Source of the DNA: Thermodesulfobacteriota bacterium
GTDB taxonomy: Bacteria; Desulfobacterota; Binatia; Bin18
Reading direction: 5' to 3'
NCBI GenBank assembly: GCA_964291405.2
Contig: OZ219926.1
Location: forward strand, 1,152,001 to 1,216,000
Length of the DNA: 64,000 nt
In this document: in pieces, positions 49,908 to 59,760 of the stretch
Position numbering within the stretch: position 1 is the stretch's first letter
How the letters are laid out: each line of letters begins with the position of its first letter
Program-made: the position numbers and the translations under genes
Notes under the pieces: generated by a model
What the model was told of the DNA's origin: nothing
The model's input: only the letters and a program-made list of their open reading frames with translations
Database searches by the model: none

Positions 49908-50975
49908 CTAGCCGGTCGCAACGCAATAGACCTGATCGGCATCCGCCGGTAGCGCATGCGCGCTCCAGGTCGCCCCGGCGTCAGCGCTGGTGAACACCTG
50001 GCCCCTTTTGCTGGCGCAGACCATGCGGTCGGTACGGCGTTGGTCGATGGACATGGCGAAGAGTGTGCTGTTGATCTCATGGCCTATATCCACCCGCTCC
50101 CAGCTCAGACCGCCGTCCTCGCTGTGGAACAGGCCACCGACGTTGCTCTCGAAATCACCCCCGCCGGACAGCCACAGCTTGGTGGGAGCGCCCGGCACCT
50201 CGCGCAAGCAGCGGCAATAGGTGGTACCCTTCTCGTTCAGCGACTCGATGGGTACACGCTGCCAGTGGTCGCCCCGGTCGGTGCTGCGAAACATGCCGAC
50301 GCGACAGATGGCCGTGACCGTTCCCGGAGCCAGACGGCTGGCCAGCACACCGTGCATATCCACGGTATCGTCGGTGAGGTATTGGCCGTGGCTGAGGTTT
50401 TCCCAGTGTTCCCCCCCGTCCAAAGATCGGAGCAGTCCCCCGACCTCCAGAGAGGCGTACAGCTCGTCCTGGTCGGCAATGCTGCCGGACATCATGAGCA
50501 CCCGCTTAGCCGGTATGCCCTGAGGGGGCATCGTCACATCGGGGAAACGGACGCTCACCGGGAGCTGGCGCCAGCTCTCTCCGGCGTCGTCGCTCCGATA
50601 TATCTCCGCCGACTCGTAGCCGGCGAACATGATCTGCGGGTCGGCCGGATGAAATAATAACGACCACATTGGCAGACCGTGGTCAGGAACCACCACCTTC
50701 TCCCAGTGGTCGCCGTGGTCATCGCTGCGGTACGGGCCGTCTTGAGTGGCGACGTAGACCACCCCGGGCCGCTGGGGATGGATGGTGATGGCACGGACCT
50801 CGGGCGCGTCCGGGAGCCCTTTTGTGAGCGGTTCCCAGCCCCCCTGCCCGAAGACACTCCGATACAGACCGCTTTTGACGACCAGCTTGATACCCATGTG
50901 CTTTTCTACCCATTCGATACCTGGGCTGGTGTCACCGGCCAGACCGGCGAAAACGTAGGATGTGCTATTATCCAT
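49908..50975 (-). CDS. BNR/Asp-box beta-propeller protein
   Basis: Repeated Asp-boxes: 'RSDDHGDHW', 'RSDDAGESW', 'RSLDGGEHW', 'RSTDRGDHW', 'HSEDGGLSW', 'TSADAGATW'. Confidence 0.85.
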   Translation of the reverse strand: MDNSTSYVFAGLAGDTSPGIEWVEKHMGIKLVVKSGLYRSVFGQGGWEPLTKGLPDAPEVRAITIHPQRPGVVYVATQDGPYRSDDHGDHWEKVVVPDHGLPMWSLLFHPADPQIMFAGYESAEIYRSDDAGESWRQLPVSVRFPDVTMPPQGIPAKRVLMMSGSIADQDELYASLEVGGLLRSLDGGEHWENLSHGQYLTDDTVDMHGVLASRLAPGTVTAICRVGMFRSTDRGDHWQRVPIESLNEKGTTYCRCLREVPGAPTKLWLSGGGDFESNVGGLFHSEDGGLSWERVDIGHEINSTLFAMSIDQRRTDRMVCASKRGQVFTSADAGATWSAHALPADADQVYCVATG

Positions 50976-50988
50976 GGCCTCTTCCTCC

Positions 50989-52182
50989 TTATTTGAGCGG
51001 CGGTACGATCTCGCTCGGGTCGAGCCCGAGTTCCAGGGTGCCGACGCTGGACAGACAGTAATCGCTGGGCGGAAACTGGACCGGACCAACGGCGCCGTCC
51101 CGGAACAGCCGCTCAAGCGGGACGGTCTTGAAAAGCGTATGGGCGCCGCCCAGCGTGAGCGCCGTCCGCGTAATCCGCGCCCCGGCCTCGCCAACCAGAT
51201 ACTTGGCACGGAACAGCGCCGCCACAGTCTCCGGGGTCGGCCCCTGGGTGTCGCTGAGCCAGGCCGAATGGTAGGTCAGCAGCCGGGCGGCCTCCAGATC
51301 CACGCTCATGTCCGCCACACGCCGGCGCACATCCGGATGGTAGGCCATCGGCTGGGTATAGCCCCGCGGGACCCGTTCCTGCACCAGTTCACGCACGACA
51401 TTGTAGGCGGCCGCGGCCACACCCAGATACACCGCCGTATAGGAGGCCCACAGCCAGTTCGCCCCGCTACGGATGAACGGCAGGATGTCGTCGGTCTGGT
51501 AGAGTACGGCGTCCTGAGACACGAAACAGTCTTCGAGAATCAGAGAGTCGCTGCGTGTCGCCCGCATGCCGAGCGTATCCCATACCTCGTCGACACGCCG
51601 TCCCGGCGCCCGGCGTGGAACCATCAGCAGGAGAGCGGCCCCCGGCTTATCGATCTCCTCGGGATGCGCCAGCACGGCACAGAAGTCAGCCGCCTCCAAC
51701 ATGGAGGCAAACGCTTTTCTGCCTGTGATCTGATACCCGCCCGCCACCTGCCGGGCGCGCGTGGCCGGCCGGTAGGTGGCCAGCAGTCCGGACGTCCTCG
51801 GCTCGGAGAAGTTCCCGGCAATCAGCCTTTCCTCTTTGACGACCAGATCGGCCAGGCGCTGCTTGGTGGTCGGAGGGACGATTGGACTCTCGAACAGGGG
51901 ACCGATGATCGAGAGATGCATATTGAACGAGAGAGCCGTGGCCGGACAGCCCTGGGCGAGTTCCTCGGCCGCCAGGGAGTAGTCGAGCAGCCCGACGCCC
52001 TCCCCTCCCATCTCGGTGGGAACATTGAGGCTGTAGAATCCCTCCCGGCGCAGGGCCGCGTAGTTTTCCAGCGGATGGCTGGCTTCCTGATCATGCTCGG
52101 CGGCGCGGGTGGCGAAGTCTGCTGCCAGCCGCCGGCTCCGCTGCTGGAGGCGTGTCCCTGCTTCGCTGACCTGAAAGTTCAT
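50989..52182 (-). CDS. Acyl-CoA dehydrogenase family flavoprotein
   Basis: 'VPTEMGGEG', 'FSEP', 'GRKAFAS', 'WDTLGMRAT.S', 'LERLFRD'. Confidence 0.88.
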   Translation of the reverse strand: MNFQVSEAGTRLQQRSRRLAADFATRAAEHDQEASHPLENYAALRREGFYSLNVPTEMGGEGVGLLDYSLAAEELAQGCPATALSFNMHLSIIGPLFESPIVPPTTKQRLADLVVKEERLIAGNFSEPRTSGLLATYRPATRARQVAGGYQITGRKAFASMLEAADFCAVLAHPEEIDKPGAALLLMVPRRAPGRRVDEVWDTLGMRATRSDSLILEDCFVSQDAVLYQTDDILPFIRSGANWLWASYTAVYLGVAAAAYNVVRELVQERVPRGYTQPMAYHPDVRRRVADMSVDLEAARLLTYHSAWLSDTQGPTPETVAALFRAKYLVGEAGARITRTALTLGGAHTLFKTVPLERLFRDGAVGPVQFPPSDYCLSSVGTLELGLDPSEIVPPLK

Positions 52183-52409
52183 GACCGCCCTCCTTTGTTC
52201 AGCTCCGAGGTCAGGCTGTCCAGAATCGGGAAAGAGTCCTACACCCTAAGGCTTTATCTCCCCACCGGAGCCTGCCTGTCAACCCAACAGCCCCCGGGCA
52301 AGAAAATTTATTCCGCCGCAAAGCGACAACGCGGCGTCCATTGTATTCCCGGCCGAGATGAAGCAGGATGGCGTCATATTCAAGGACAGCACGTCAGACG
52401 AGGGACGCG

Positions 52410-53654
52410 ATGCAAGACAGTACAGACACACACGTCAATGGCAAACGCTGGACGCTCGACCACCCAGAGCTCGGAACCGGACCTCTTCCCATCGCGCCCT
52501 ATCTTTCCGCAGAGTATTTTGAGCAGGAGCGCGAGAAAATTTTTACCCGCACCTGGATGTGTACGGGCAAAAAAGTCGAAGAAATTCCGCAGCCGGGCGA
52601 CTATCTGGTGCTGGATATTGCGGTCGGCAAAACCTCGGTCCTCCTCGTCCGGGGCAAAGACGGCCGGGTGCGCGGGTTTCACAACGTGTGTAAACATCGT
52701 GGTAATCGACTGGCCTGGAACGACCGTGGCGCGTGCGGGGCCGGGTTGACGTGTCGCTTCCACGGCTGGACCTATGCCGCGGACGGCCGCCTGATCGGGG
52801 TGCCGGAAGAAGATATGTTCTTTGACTTTGACAAACGGGACTACGGCCTGAGTCCGATTGCCACGGATGTCTGGGAAGGCTTTATCTTTATCAACCTCGA
52901 TCCCGACCCGCCGGAAACGCTGCACCAGTATTTAGGTGAAGTGGTTGACCTGCTGCGCGGCTATGCGTTCGACCGCCTGCCGCTGAGTTGGTCGTATACG
53001 GCCGAGCAGAAGTGCAACTGGCGGATTCTGCGCGACTCACAGCTCGAGTTCTATCACGGCAAAGCGCTGCATCAGCAGTTCGCCGGCAAGGTGATGATAA
53101 ATAAGCAGCAGCCGTCCTGCCACGTCCTCGACGCCAAACTCTTTCGTCGCCACAGCATGATGTCGTTTTACGGCGACCGCCGGAATACCCAACGCACGCC
53201 CATGGAGCTGTTGATGGCCCAATTCGGGGCCAGCTTCAAAACCTTTCCCAGTGCGCGGGATATGGACCGCTGGCCCCTGGGGGTCAATCCCACGCGCAGC
53301 AGACAGTGGTTCTTTGATATTTATTATATCTTTCCCAATTTTCATCTGGTGATTCTGAGTCCCTTTCTGTTTGTCGCCCATACCATGTTGCCGGAGACGG
53401 TGAATCGCTCGACCTGGAACGCGCGGGGCTATTTCCCGCAGCCCACGACTGCCGCAGAGACGGTGACGCGCGAATATAATAAATGCCTGGCGCGGGACGT
53501 GTGGCTGGAAGACGGCAGTACCCTGGAAAACACCCAGCGCGGGATCGAGTCGGGCGTCCTCGGCCAGTATCCGGTGCAGGACCAGGAACTACTGATCCGC
53601 CACGCCCATAAGGTGGCGGAAGAACTGCTCGCCGGCGACGGGCAAGCGGGGTGA
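52410..53654 (+). CDS. Rieske aromatic ring-hydroxylating oxygenase alpha subunit
   Basis: 'CKHRG...CRFHGW', 'NWR....QLEFYH...LH', 'WLED'; paralog of 29576. Confidence 0.9.
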   Translation: MQDSTDTHVNGKRWTLDHPELGTGPLPIAPYLSAEYFEQEREKIFTRTWMCTGKKVEEIPQPGDYLVLDIAVGKTSVLLVRGKDGRVRGFHNVCKHRGNRLAWNDRGACGAGLTCRFHGWTYAADGRLIGVPEEDMFFDFDKRDYGLSPIATDVWEGFIFINLDPDPPETLHQYLGEVVDLLRGYAFDRLPLSWSYTAEQKCNWRILRDSQLEFYHGKALHQQFAGKVMINKQQPSCHVLDAKLFRRHSMMSFYGDRRNTQRTPMELLMAQFGASFKTFPSARDMDRWPLGVNPTRSRQWFFDIYYIFPNFHLVILSPFLFVAHTMLPETVNRSTWNARGYFPQPTTAAETVTREYNKCLARDVWLEDGSTLENTQRGIESGVLGQYPVQDQELLIRHAHKVAEELLAGDGQAG

Positions 53655-53657
53655 GGG

Positions 53658-54008
53658 ATGTCCGCTACGAGCCTGCCCGAGGCGTTCGCCGACCTTGAGC
53701 CGCTGGCCGCGGTCTGGGCGCTGGCGACCGAAACCGAGCGCAACCAGCAGCGCCTCAGCAGCACCATGGCGCAGATTCAAGCCTTGTACGACACCCTGCT
53801 GCCCCGCATGGAGGCCGTCCTCACCTATCTGAGTCAATTCCCACCAGAGCCGCCAGACGCGCTGCCCCAAGAGGCCCGGCGGCTCTTATACCTGGCCCTG
53901 GCCATGGCCGAAATCACAACTGCCGTGGAACTCCATCAACAGCCCAGCGTACCCGCCGGTTTCGATCCGCAGCGCTTTATTCCCGACCACGAGCGAACGA
54001 AACGATAG
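53658..54008 (+). CDS. Conserved hypothetical protein, paralog of 30769-31092
   Basis: 'LPEAFADLEP..AVWALATETERNQQRLSSTMAQIQALYD...LAMAEITTAVEL'. Confidence 0.75.
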   Translation: MSATSLPEAFADLEPLAAVWALATETERNQQRLSSTMAQIQALYDTLLPRMEAVLTYLSQFPPEPPDALPQEARRLLYLALAMAEITTAVELHQQPSVPAGFDPQRFIPDHERTKR

Positions 54009-54009
54009 C

Positions 54010-55053
54010 TCAGCTCAGGGCCGCATTCACCTCTTCGTCCAGGTCGACCAAGGCAGGTGGACTGACGATGGTTCCGTCCTTGACGATTTCCTGGCCAGCG
54101 ATTGATATCGATTGCAGCGACATAACCGCGTCGGGATGGTTTTCCCCCCCGCCCGGCATCCACGGGGGCAAACCCAGGCCGATGGCGTTGTAGCCGGTGA
54201 TGCGCTGATCTTCGATGAACGATTTCCCGGTAAAGCGAGCCCCTGGGTGGAGACCACAAGAAAAGTGGACCACATAGCCAAATTCTCCACCTCCGGCTCG
54301 GCGCAGAGCACGCTCCATCACCCGCCGTTCCGGCCCGCCACCGGTCACCTCCTGAATCTTTCCGTTCAGGGCGAGGCTGAGGGGTTCGGCCATGGTCGTA
54401 TAGTACTCATGGAAGACGGTCTCACATTTGATCACGCCGCGGACTGACTCCAACTCTGGAATCAAGACCACCGTACCCGGAACAAAATACCCACCCGGCT
54501 CTTCGGCTTTGGCCAGCGCAAACCCATCCGGCTCGGCCAGGGTAAAGGTGACGTCCGTGCCCAGGCGGTTGGTAATGTGGCACTCCTTCCCGCTCGCCTC
54601 GCCGACGAGCGCGCCAAAGGCATTCGAGAGGGCAAAGAGTTGGTCGAGCTTACCCTTGCCCAGCAGGCGCGCTAACCCACCGGCCCCAATATCGGCGCCC
54701 AGGAAATAGCGGGTTCGCTGGTTTTGCATGGCCGAGTCAAAAGCCTTGGAGCCGGCCAGATAGGGAAAGCACAGATCAATCCAGACATCACATTCCCGGA
54801 CTGCCGCCTTGAAGTGATCGGGCAGGTAGGCGTCGGCCAGCGCGCCCTGATACGGCAGCCGCGGCGCAAGTACGATCGTTGCGACCTTTGCCCCTATACT
54901 GCAGCAGGCGTTTTGGACTGCTTCCACAGCGGGCATGTCCGTACTCGTATCGGCCGAGATCAGGACACTCTCGCCTGCTTTGATACACATCATATCCGCC
55001 GCCAGTACCCAGGCGGCGCTGGCTAACTCCGGAGTAATCCCGTTGTTCATCAT
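54010..55053 (-). CDS. Peptidase M29-fold protein (aminopeptidase / NicX-like)
   Basis: 'KAGESVLISAD', 'GTDVTF', 'HFSCGLHPGA', 'ENHPDAV', 'IVKDG'. Confidence 0.55.
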   Translation of the reverse strand: MMNNGITPELASAAWVLAADMMCIKAGESVLISADTSTDMPAVEAVQNACCSIGAKVATIVLAPRLPYQGALADAYLPDHFKAAVRECDVWIDLCFPYLAGSKAFDSAMQNQRTRYFLGADIGAGGLARLLGKGKLDQLFALSNAFGALVGEASGKECHITNRLGTDVTFTLAEPDGFALAKAEEPGGYFVPGTVVLIPELESVRGVIKCETVFHEYYTTMAEPLSLALNGKIQEVTGGGPERRVMERALRRAGGGEFGYVVHFSCGLHPGARFTGKSFIEDQRITGYNAIGLGLPPWMPGGGENHPDAVMSLQSISIAGQEIVKDGTIVSPPALVDLDEEVNAALS

Positions 55054-55065
55054 GACGCTTACCTC

Positions 55066-55361
55066 TTAATCGGTCGGTTCGTTCTCAAAACCAATCCGCT
55101 TCATATTGTACGTAATCATATTATGCACAGCCGCTTCATATCTGGAGAACGGCCCAGGCCGATAGGCTTGTGATTTAAAGCCCCGCTGTAAGGATTGGAC
55201 CATACCGACATCTTCCCCCAGAACCGTATGTATGAACTCCTCATAGATCGCCACTTTTTCCTGAAAATCTTGCTGGGCAAGTAGATGTAGCCTGGTAGGT
55301 GCCGAGCTTGCGGCCGCGGCGGGAGCGTATACTCGTGTTGCTGTGCCTGCTGTGTACCCAT
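55066..55361 (-). pseudogene. Internally deleted Rieske oxygenase
   Basis: N-terminal 'ARHLPGYIY' (cf. ARHLPGEFY at 32786) joined out of frame to the C-terminal 'VLGEDVGMVQSLQRGFKSQAYRPGP..YEAAVH'. Confidence 0.7.
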
Positions 55362-55366
55362 GATCT

Positions 55367-55403
55367 TCCTCTCGATGAATAGATCTATCCTCTCGATGAA
55401 TAG
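55367..55403. repeat. 16-bp direct repeat
   Basis: TCCTCTCGATGAATAG at 55367-55382 and 55388-55403. Confidence 0.75.
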
Positions 55404-55413
55404 CAGCGAACAG

Positions 55414-56454
55414 CTACGCGCTCTTTTGAAAATGGGGCATCACTTCTTTGGCAAAGAGCCGCATGGCCCGGACCGTTTTCGCATGCTCTACCCCAGGGAA
55501 CTGCATCCAGCACAGCAGATAATCCATGCCTAGTTCTTGCTGGTATTTCTCGATCTCCCGAATACAATGATCCGGGTCACCGATAATGAAACGCTCCCGG
55601 TGGGTGTCAAAGGTCACGGTTGCCGGGTCCTTGACCAACTCGCCCTTATCGTCTTTGAGCGGTCGGACGTTGGCCCACTTGCCGTACATCCCGGCGTGCA
55701 GATACATGATGCCCTCCCGGGCCTCTTCTTCGGCTTGGGCCGTGGTCTCGGCAACATAGACCTCGCGAATGACCGGCGTGGCGCTGGCCGTCTTATTGAA
55801 CCGCTGGAGCTGCTGCCGGTACATCCGATAGTGCTCTTTCAACTCATTGATATGATGCCGGGGAGAAGCTACCAAGGCTGAGCCCCACTGGGCCGCCCGG
55901 CGCACCCCGCCGCGGGTTGAGGCACCGATCCAGATCGGCGGGTGCGGCTGTTGGACGGGCTTAGGGGTAATGGACAGGTCTTCCACCTGGTAGTACTGGC
56001 CCGAAAACGAGAAGCGCTCAGTCGTCCAGCCTCGAATCATCAGATCGAGCTGTTCTTCCATCCGTGGCTCACGCCCCGAACGCTGTTCTTCATACGCGGC
56101 GAACTCCTCCGGCCGATAGCCGGTCGCGACGCCGAGGATAAAACGACCTGCGGCGATATTATCGAGCACCGCCACGTCCTCGGCGGTCTGGACCGGCCGA
56201 TGGAGCGGCAAGAGATACATACTCGTCCCGATGATGAGCTTTGAAGTCCGTGCGGCCATAGCCGCCGCCGTTACCAAGAGCGAGGGGCAGATACCGTCTT
56301 CCAGAAAGTGGTGCTCGACGAGCCAGGCCGATTCAAACCCAATCTCTTCGGCAATGACAATCTGGTCCAGCATCTCGCGATAGAGCTGCTCATGGGTCTG
56401 GCCGGAGCCTGGCCGGAGCTGCATAGAGAACGGACCGATCCCGAATCGCATCAT
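55414..56454 (-). CDS. LLM-class flavin-dependent oxidoreductase
   Basis: 'GFESAWLVEHHF', 'LLPLHRPVQTAED', 'PKPVQQPHPPIWIG', 'RLFAKEVMP'. Confidence 0.92.
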   Translation of the reverse strand: MMRFGIGPFSMQLRPGSGQTHEQLYREMLDQIVIAEEIGFESAWLVEHHFLEDGICPSLLVTAAAMAARTSKLIIGTSMYLLPLHRPVQTAEDVAVLDNIAAGRFILGVATGYRPEEFAAYEEQRSGREPRMEEQLDLMIRGWTTERFSFSGQYYQVEDLSITPKPVQQPHPPIWIGASTRGGVRRAAQWGSALVASPRHHINELKEHYRMYRQQLQRFNKTASATPVIREVYVAETTAQAEEEAREGIMYLHAGMYGKWANVRPLKDDKGELVKDPATVTFDTHRERFIIGDPDHCIREIEKYQQELGMDYLLCWMQFPGVEHAKTVRAMRLFAKEVMPHFQKSA

Positions 56455-56623
56455 ACCCTGCCCTCCTTTGGTGAAGCCATTAAAATTATTCTCCTCTGAA
56501 AAAGGGCTGTCAACGTTTGGATGGACCGAAGTTGGCTCTTAATTCACCGTTGGTCTGACCGTTCTTGCATGGCTGGCGGGCCGTAGCCGGCCATCAACTG
56601 ATCCACAATAGCAGGACTCGGCA

Positions 56624-58228
56624 TTAGATGTCGAGGACATTCCGCCGGCCTTTTTCACCAATATTGACCACTGGGTGCGCATGTCCCTGGCCCATATGAT
56701 CTTCGGTGGCGTCTTCGAGCGCTATCCGCGCCTGCGGGTCGTTTCTGTAGAGCAAGAGCTGTCGTGGGCCCCACATTTCTTGAACCGGCTGGTGGAACTC
56801 GTCCCACGGTCTCCCGATAGGCGTGGCCGCGTACAATGACGGATCCCGATAGGCGTGGCCGCGTACAATGAATGAGGCCCCGGCATAGAACTTCTCATAC
56901 TGCTGATGCCGGCCCGCGAACTCGGAGCCGACCATATCCCAGGCCAGCTTGAACAGCTTCATGCGTGCTACCGCGTCTGCCTGGGGTGTCTGAAAGTAGG
57001 CTTCAAACTGCTCGGCGAGTTTTTCGTCCTCCATGACCGAGATATCCGCCGGCATCTGAAACACGCCCCCACCGCACAGATCACGCAGTTGGTCGATAAA
57101 CTGGCTATAGTTCTGGGTGCACCAGTCGAGGGCCGCGTACATCATCCGCCGGTTAAAACACACATGGCCGTCCGGCCAGCTCTCACAGGCGTTGATCTGG
57201 CCGTGTACCATGCCGGCAATGGCACCCTCGACCGAAGCCATTTTGCCAAGCGTCTCTTGCACGGTCGGAATTTGAGCTGCGCCGGTTGTGTGGGCAATCT
57301 TGCTACACAGGCCGAGCAGCAGGCGCATCTTCGACCAGTACCGCACGTTGGACTGGTGATTGCCAAAGCAGTGGCTCGGGGTCTTGAGATAGATGTCCCG
57401 CGATAGCACCGCATCGTTGTGAACAAAAACCTTCTCCCAGGGCACCTTCACCTGGTCGCACATGACCATGCTGTCGGTTTCGTCGTATCGATAGGCCAGT
57501 GGTGAATCAAACTCCGAACGGCATGCCGCTTCCATGGATTTACGCGACCACAGACTCAGCCCTGGGGCGTTGCACGGCACGGCGCACGTAATCGCCTCTT
57601 TTTTCTGGTCAGGCGACAGGGGGATGACATTCCCGATCCAGATATCATTGGCGAACACCGCGCCCGTCGCCAGCATCTTCATGCCGGAAATAATTACGCC
57701 GTCGTCTTCCTCACGGACGACACGGAGGGTGGGGACCGGCAGATTCTGGCGCTGATAGAACTCCGGGTCTCGGGCGGCCTGGGGAGGCAGCACGGCGTAG
57801 ACAGTGTAGATATCGTTATCGCGCACGTAGCGATAATAGGCGAGCAGATTGTCCGGATTGCCGCACGGCGGCTTGAGTTCATCCGGCTTCATGGCCATAC
57901 CGGTTACAAAGCTGGCTACGTGGTCGGGCGAACGACCGAACATGCCGTATGTCAGGTCCGCGATTTTTCGGTGCCCGACCATCCGGCGTTGCAGGTCGTC
58001 GCGCGTCTTGGCCCGCAAATAGTAAATCGAGTGCCGGCTGCCGTCCTCTTCGAAGGTCAGCGTCTCGCGATTTGCCGGGTCCGCCTTCATATCGTAAATG
58101 GCAGCCACCGTGCGGGCAGCGTTGCGGAACGCCGAATGGGTGGTGACATCCTCGACTCGTTCGCTGCCAATATAGACCACCCGTCCATCCTGAAGGGACT
58201 CCAAATGCTCCTGACCGGTCTTCAGCAT
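56624..58228 (-). CDS. 4-hydroxyphenylacetate 3-hydroxylase (HpaB) family oxygenase with rearranged C-terminus
   Basis: 'LESLQDGRVVYI.SERV.DVTTH.AF', 'GRSPD', 'GMKMLAT', 'RYDETD', 'GSEFAGRHQQYEKFY.G'. Confidence 0.85.
   Translation of the reverse strand: MLKTGQEHLESLQDGRVVYIGSERVEDVTTHSAFRNAARTVAAIYDMKADPANRETLTFEEDGSRHSIYYLRAKTRDDLQRRMVGHRKIADLTYGMFGRSPDHVASFVTGMAMKPDELKPPCGNPDNLLAYYRYVRDNDIYTVYAVLPPQAARDPEFYQRQNLPVPTLRVVREEDDGVIISGMKMLATGAVFANDIWIGNVIPLSPDQKKEAITCAVPCNAPGLSLWSRKSMEAACRSEFDSPLAYRYDETDSMVMCDQVKVPWEKVFVHNDAVLSRDIYLKTPSHCFGNHQSNVRYWSKMRLLLGLCSKIAHTTGAAQIPTVQETLGKMASVEGAIAGMVHGQINACESWPDGHVCFNRRMMYAALDWCTQNYSQFIDQLRDLCGGGVFQMPADISVMEDEKLAEQFEAYFQTPQADAVARMKLFKLAWDMVGSEFAGRHQQYEKFYAGASFIVRGHAYRDPSLYAATPIGRPWDEFHQPVQEMWGPRQLLLYRNDPQARIALEDATEDHMGQGHAHPVVNIGEKGRRNVLDI
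56627..56791 (+). pseudogene. Internal fragment of an amidohydrolase_2-type gene
   Basis: Reads 'SLAHMIFGGVFERYPRLRVVSVEQELSWAPHFLNRL'; antisense to the hpaB-like 3' end. Confidence 0.7.
56812..56871. repeat. 28-bp direct repeat (period 32) inside the hpaB-like gene
   Basis: TCCCGATAGGCGTGGCCGCGTACAATGA at 56812-56839 and 56844-56871. Confidence 0.9.
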
Positions 58229-58492
58229 GGGCCTCTCCTTTACGTCGGCTCAGTATGAGCCGTGCATAGCACGCATTGGGGGCGAAATCGCGTTAGCCAC
58301 TCAATTGAATATGAGAGGAGGCAGCGGGAGGACGCCCCTCACAGCAGGTGATGGCATATGAACTAAAGGGGAGAGTCTTGCTTGACTTTTGCCGCCAACT
58401 GACCCAGTTTCTCTCCAATAGTTGTCGTTGTCTGGATGAGTCCACCATCACTGAAGAGCGCACGCACGGGCGCACGCAATAAGGAACGTCAG

Positions 58493-59689
58493 ATGTACGA
58501 AATGTTATCCGGCCTTCGCGTGGTCGAAATGGGCCATATTGCCCTTGGCCCCCTAGCTTCCCAGATGTTGGGTGACTACGGCGCGGAAGTCATCAAAATC
58601 GAGCCGCCAAGCGGCGATGTGTACCGCGCCCTCGGAGTAAGCCGCAACCAGGGCATGAGCGCCCAATGGATGGCTTGCAATCGCAACAAACGCAGCGTGG
58701 CCATCGACCTCAAGCGGGAGGAAGGCCGGGAGCTGCTGCGCGACTTACTGAAGACGGCGGACGCGTTCCTCCACAACATGCGTCCACCCGCTGTTCGCCG
58801 CTTAGGCTTCGACTACGCGGCGGTGCGCAAAATCAATCCCGACATCGTCTACTGCTTCTCCGGCGGCTTCGGACAGAATGGTCCGTATAAGGATTACCCG
58901 GCGTTCGACGACATCATCCAAGCGTACTCGGGCATCGCTGCTGTCAATAGCCTGCAGACAGGACAACCCGAACTGGTCCCCATGGTGATGTGCGACACCA
59001 TGACTGGACAAGCGCTCGGACAAGCCCTCCTCGCAGGGCTGCTCAGTCGTCAACTGCACGGCGAAGGAGTCTGCATCGAAGTACCGATGTACGAGTTGGT
59101 TGTGAGCGCGCTCATGAATCAACACCTGAACGGCAAAGGCTTCGTTCCCGCGGAAGGGCCACTGGGTTACAACCGCGTGCTGAACCCATCAAGACGTCCG
59201 TGTCGAACGAAAGACGGCTTCATGGTGCACGGCGTCTACAAGGTCGAGAACTGGCGCAAGGTGTGCGAGGCGGTGGGCCGCCACGATTTGCTCGATAGCG
59301 GCATGCTGGACGACCAGCACACCGTCGCGGCCAACATCTCGACCCTGTACAAAATCATGCTCGAAGAGATCATGCCGCAACGCACGAATACCGAATGGGT
59401 CGCTCTCTTCAATGCATTGGACATTCCTTACGCTGAAGTCCAGCAGCTGGACACGTTAATGGACGACGCGCACTTGCGTGCCGTTGGGTTGTTCGAAGAA
59501 TATGAGCATCCGACAGAAGGCACCGTGCGGCAAATTCGCCAACCGATCAATGTGACTGGACGTGATCGCTGCGGCGACCGGCCACCGCCGCAGGTCGGCC
59601 AAGACACCGTCACCGTCTTGAACGAGCTGTACGGCGATGAGGACCATGTGCGCCAGCTCATCGATGACGGTATTGTCGTCGCCAAGTAA
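58493..59689 (+). CDS. Class III CoA-transferase (CaiB/BaiF)
   Basis: 'LSGLRVVE', 'GAEVIKIEPP.GD', 'NRNKRSVAIDLK', 'GFGQNGPY..PAFD.IIQA'. Confidence 0.92.
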   Translation: MYEMLSGLRVVEMGHIALGPLASQMLGDYGAEVIKIEPPSGDVYRALGVSRNQGMSAQWMACNRNKRSVAIDLKREEGRELLRDLLKTADAFLHNMRPPAVRRLGFDYAAVRKINPDIVYCFSGGFGQNGPYKDYPAFDDIIQAYSGIAAVNSLQTGQPELVPMVMCDTMTGQALGQALLAGLLSRQLHGEGVCIEVPMYELVVSALMNQHLNGKGFVPAEGPLGYNRVLNPSRRPCRTKDGFMVHGVYKVENWRKVCEAVGRHDLLDSGMLDDQHTVAANISTLYKIMLEEIMPQRTNTEWVALFNALDIPYAEVQQLDTLMDDAHLRAVGLFEEYEHPTEGTVRQIRQPINVTGRDRCGDRPPPQVGQDTVTVLNELYGDEDHVRQLIDDGIVVAK

Positions 59690-59760
59690 ACACCGGCGAA
59701 GGAATCGAAAGTGGTACAATTCATTCTGCACGCGTAACTGTTGCCGAGGAGTAAACGTCC

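Noticed and set aside
50962-52749. 595-aa plus-strand ORF
   Set aside because: Antisense shadow of the acyl-CoA dehydrogenase with no motifs; common in GC-rich DNA.
56812-56871. Mini CRISPR array
   Set aside because: Only two repeats with a 4-nt spacer, inside a CDS, and no cas genes.
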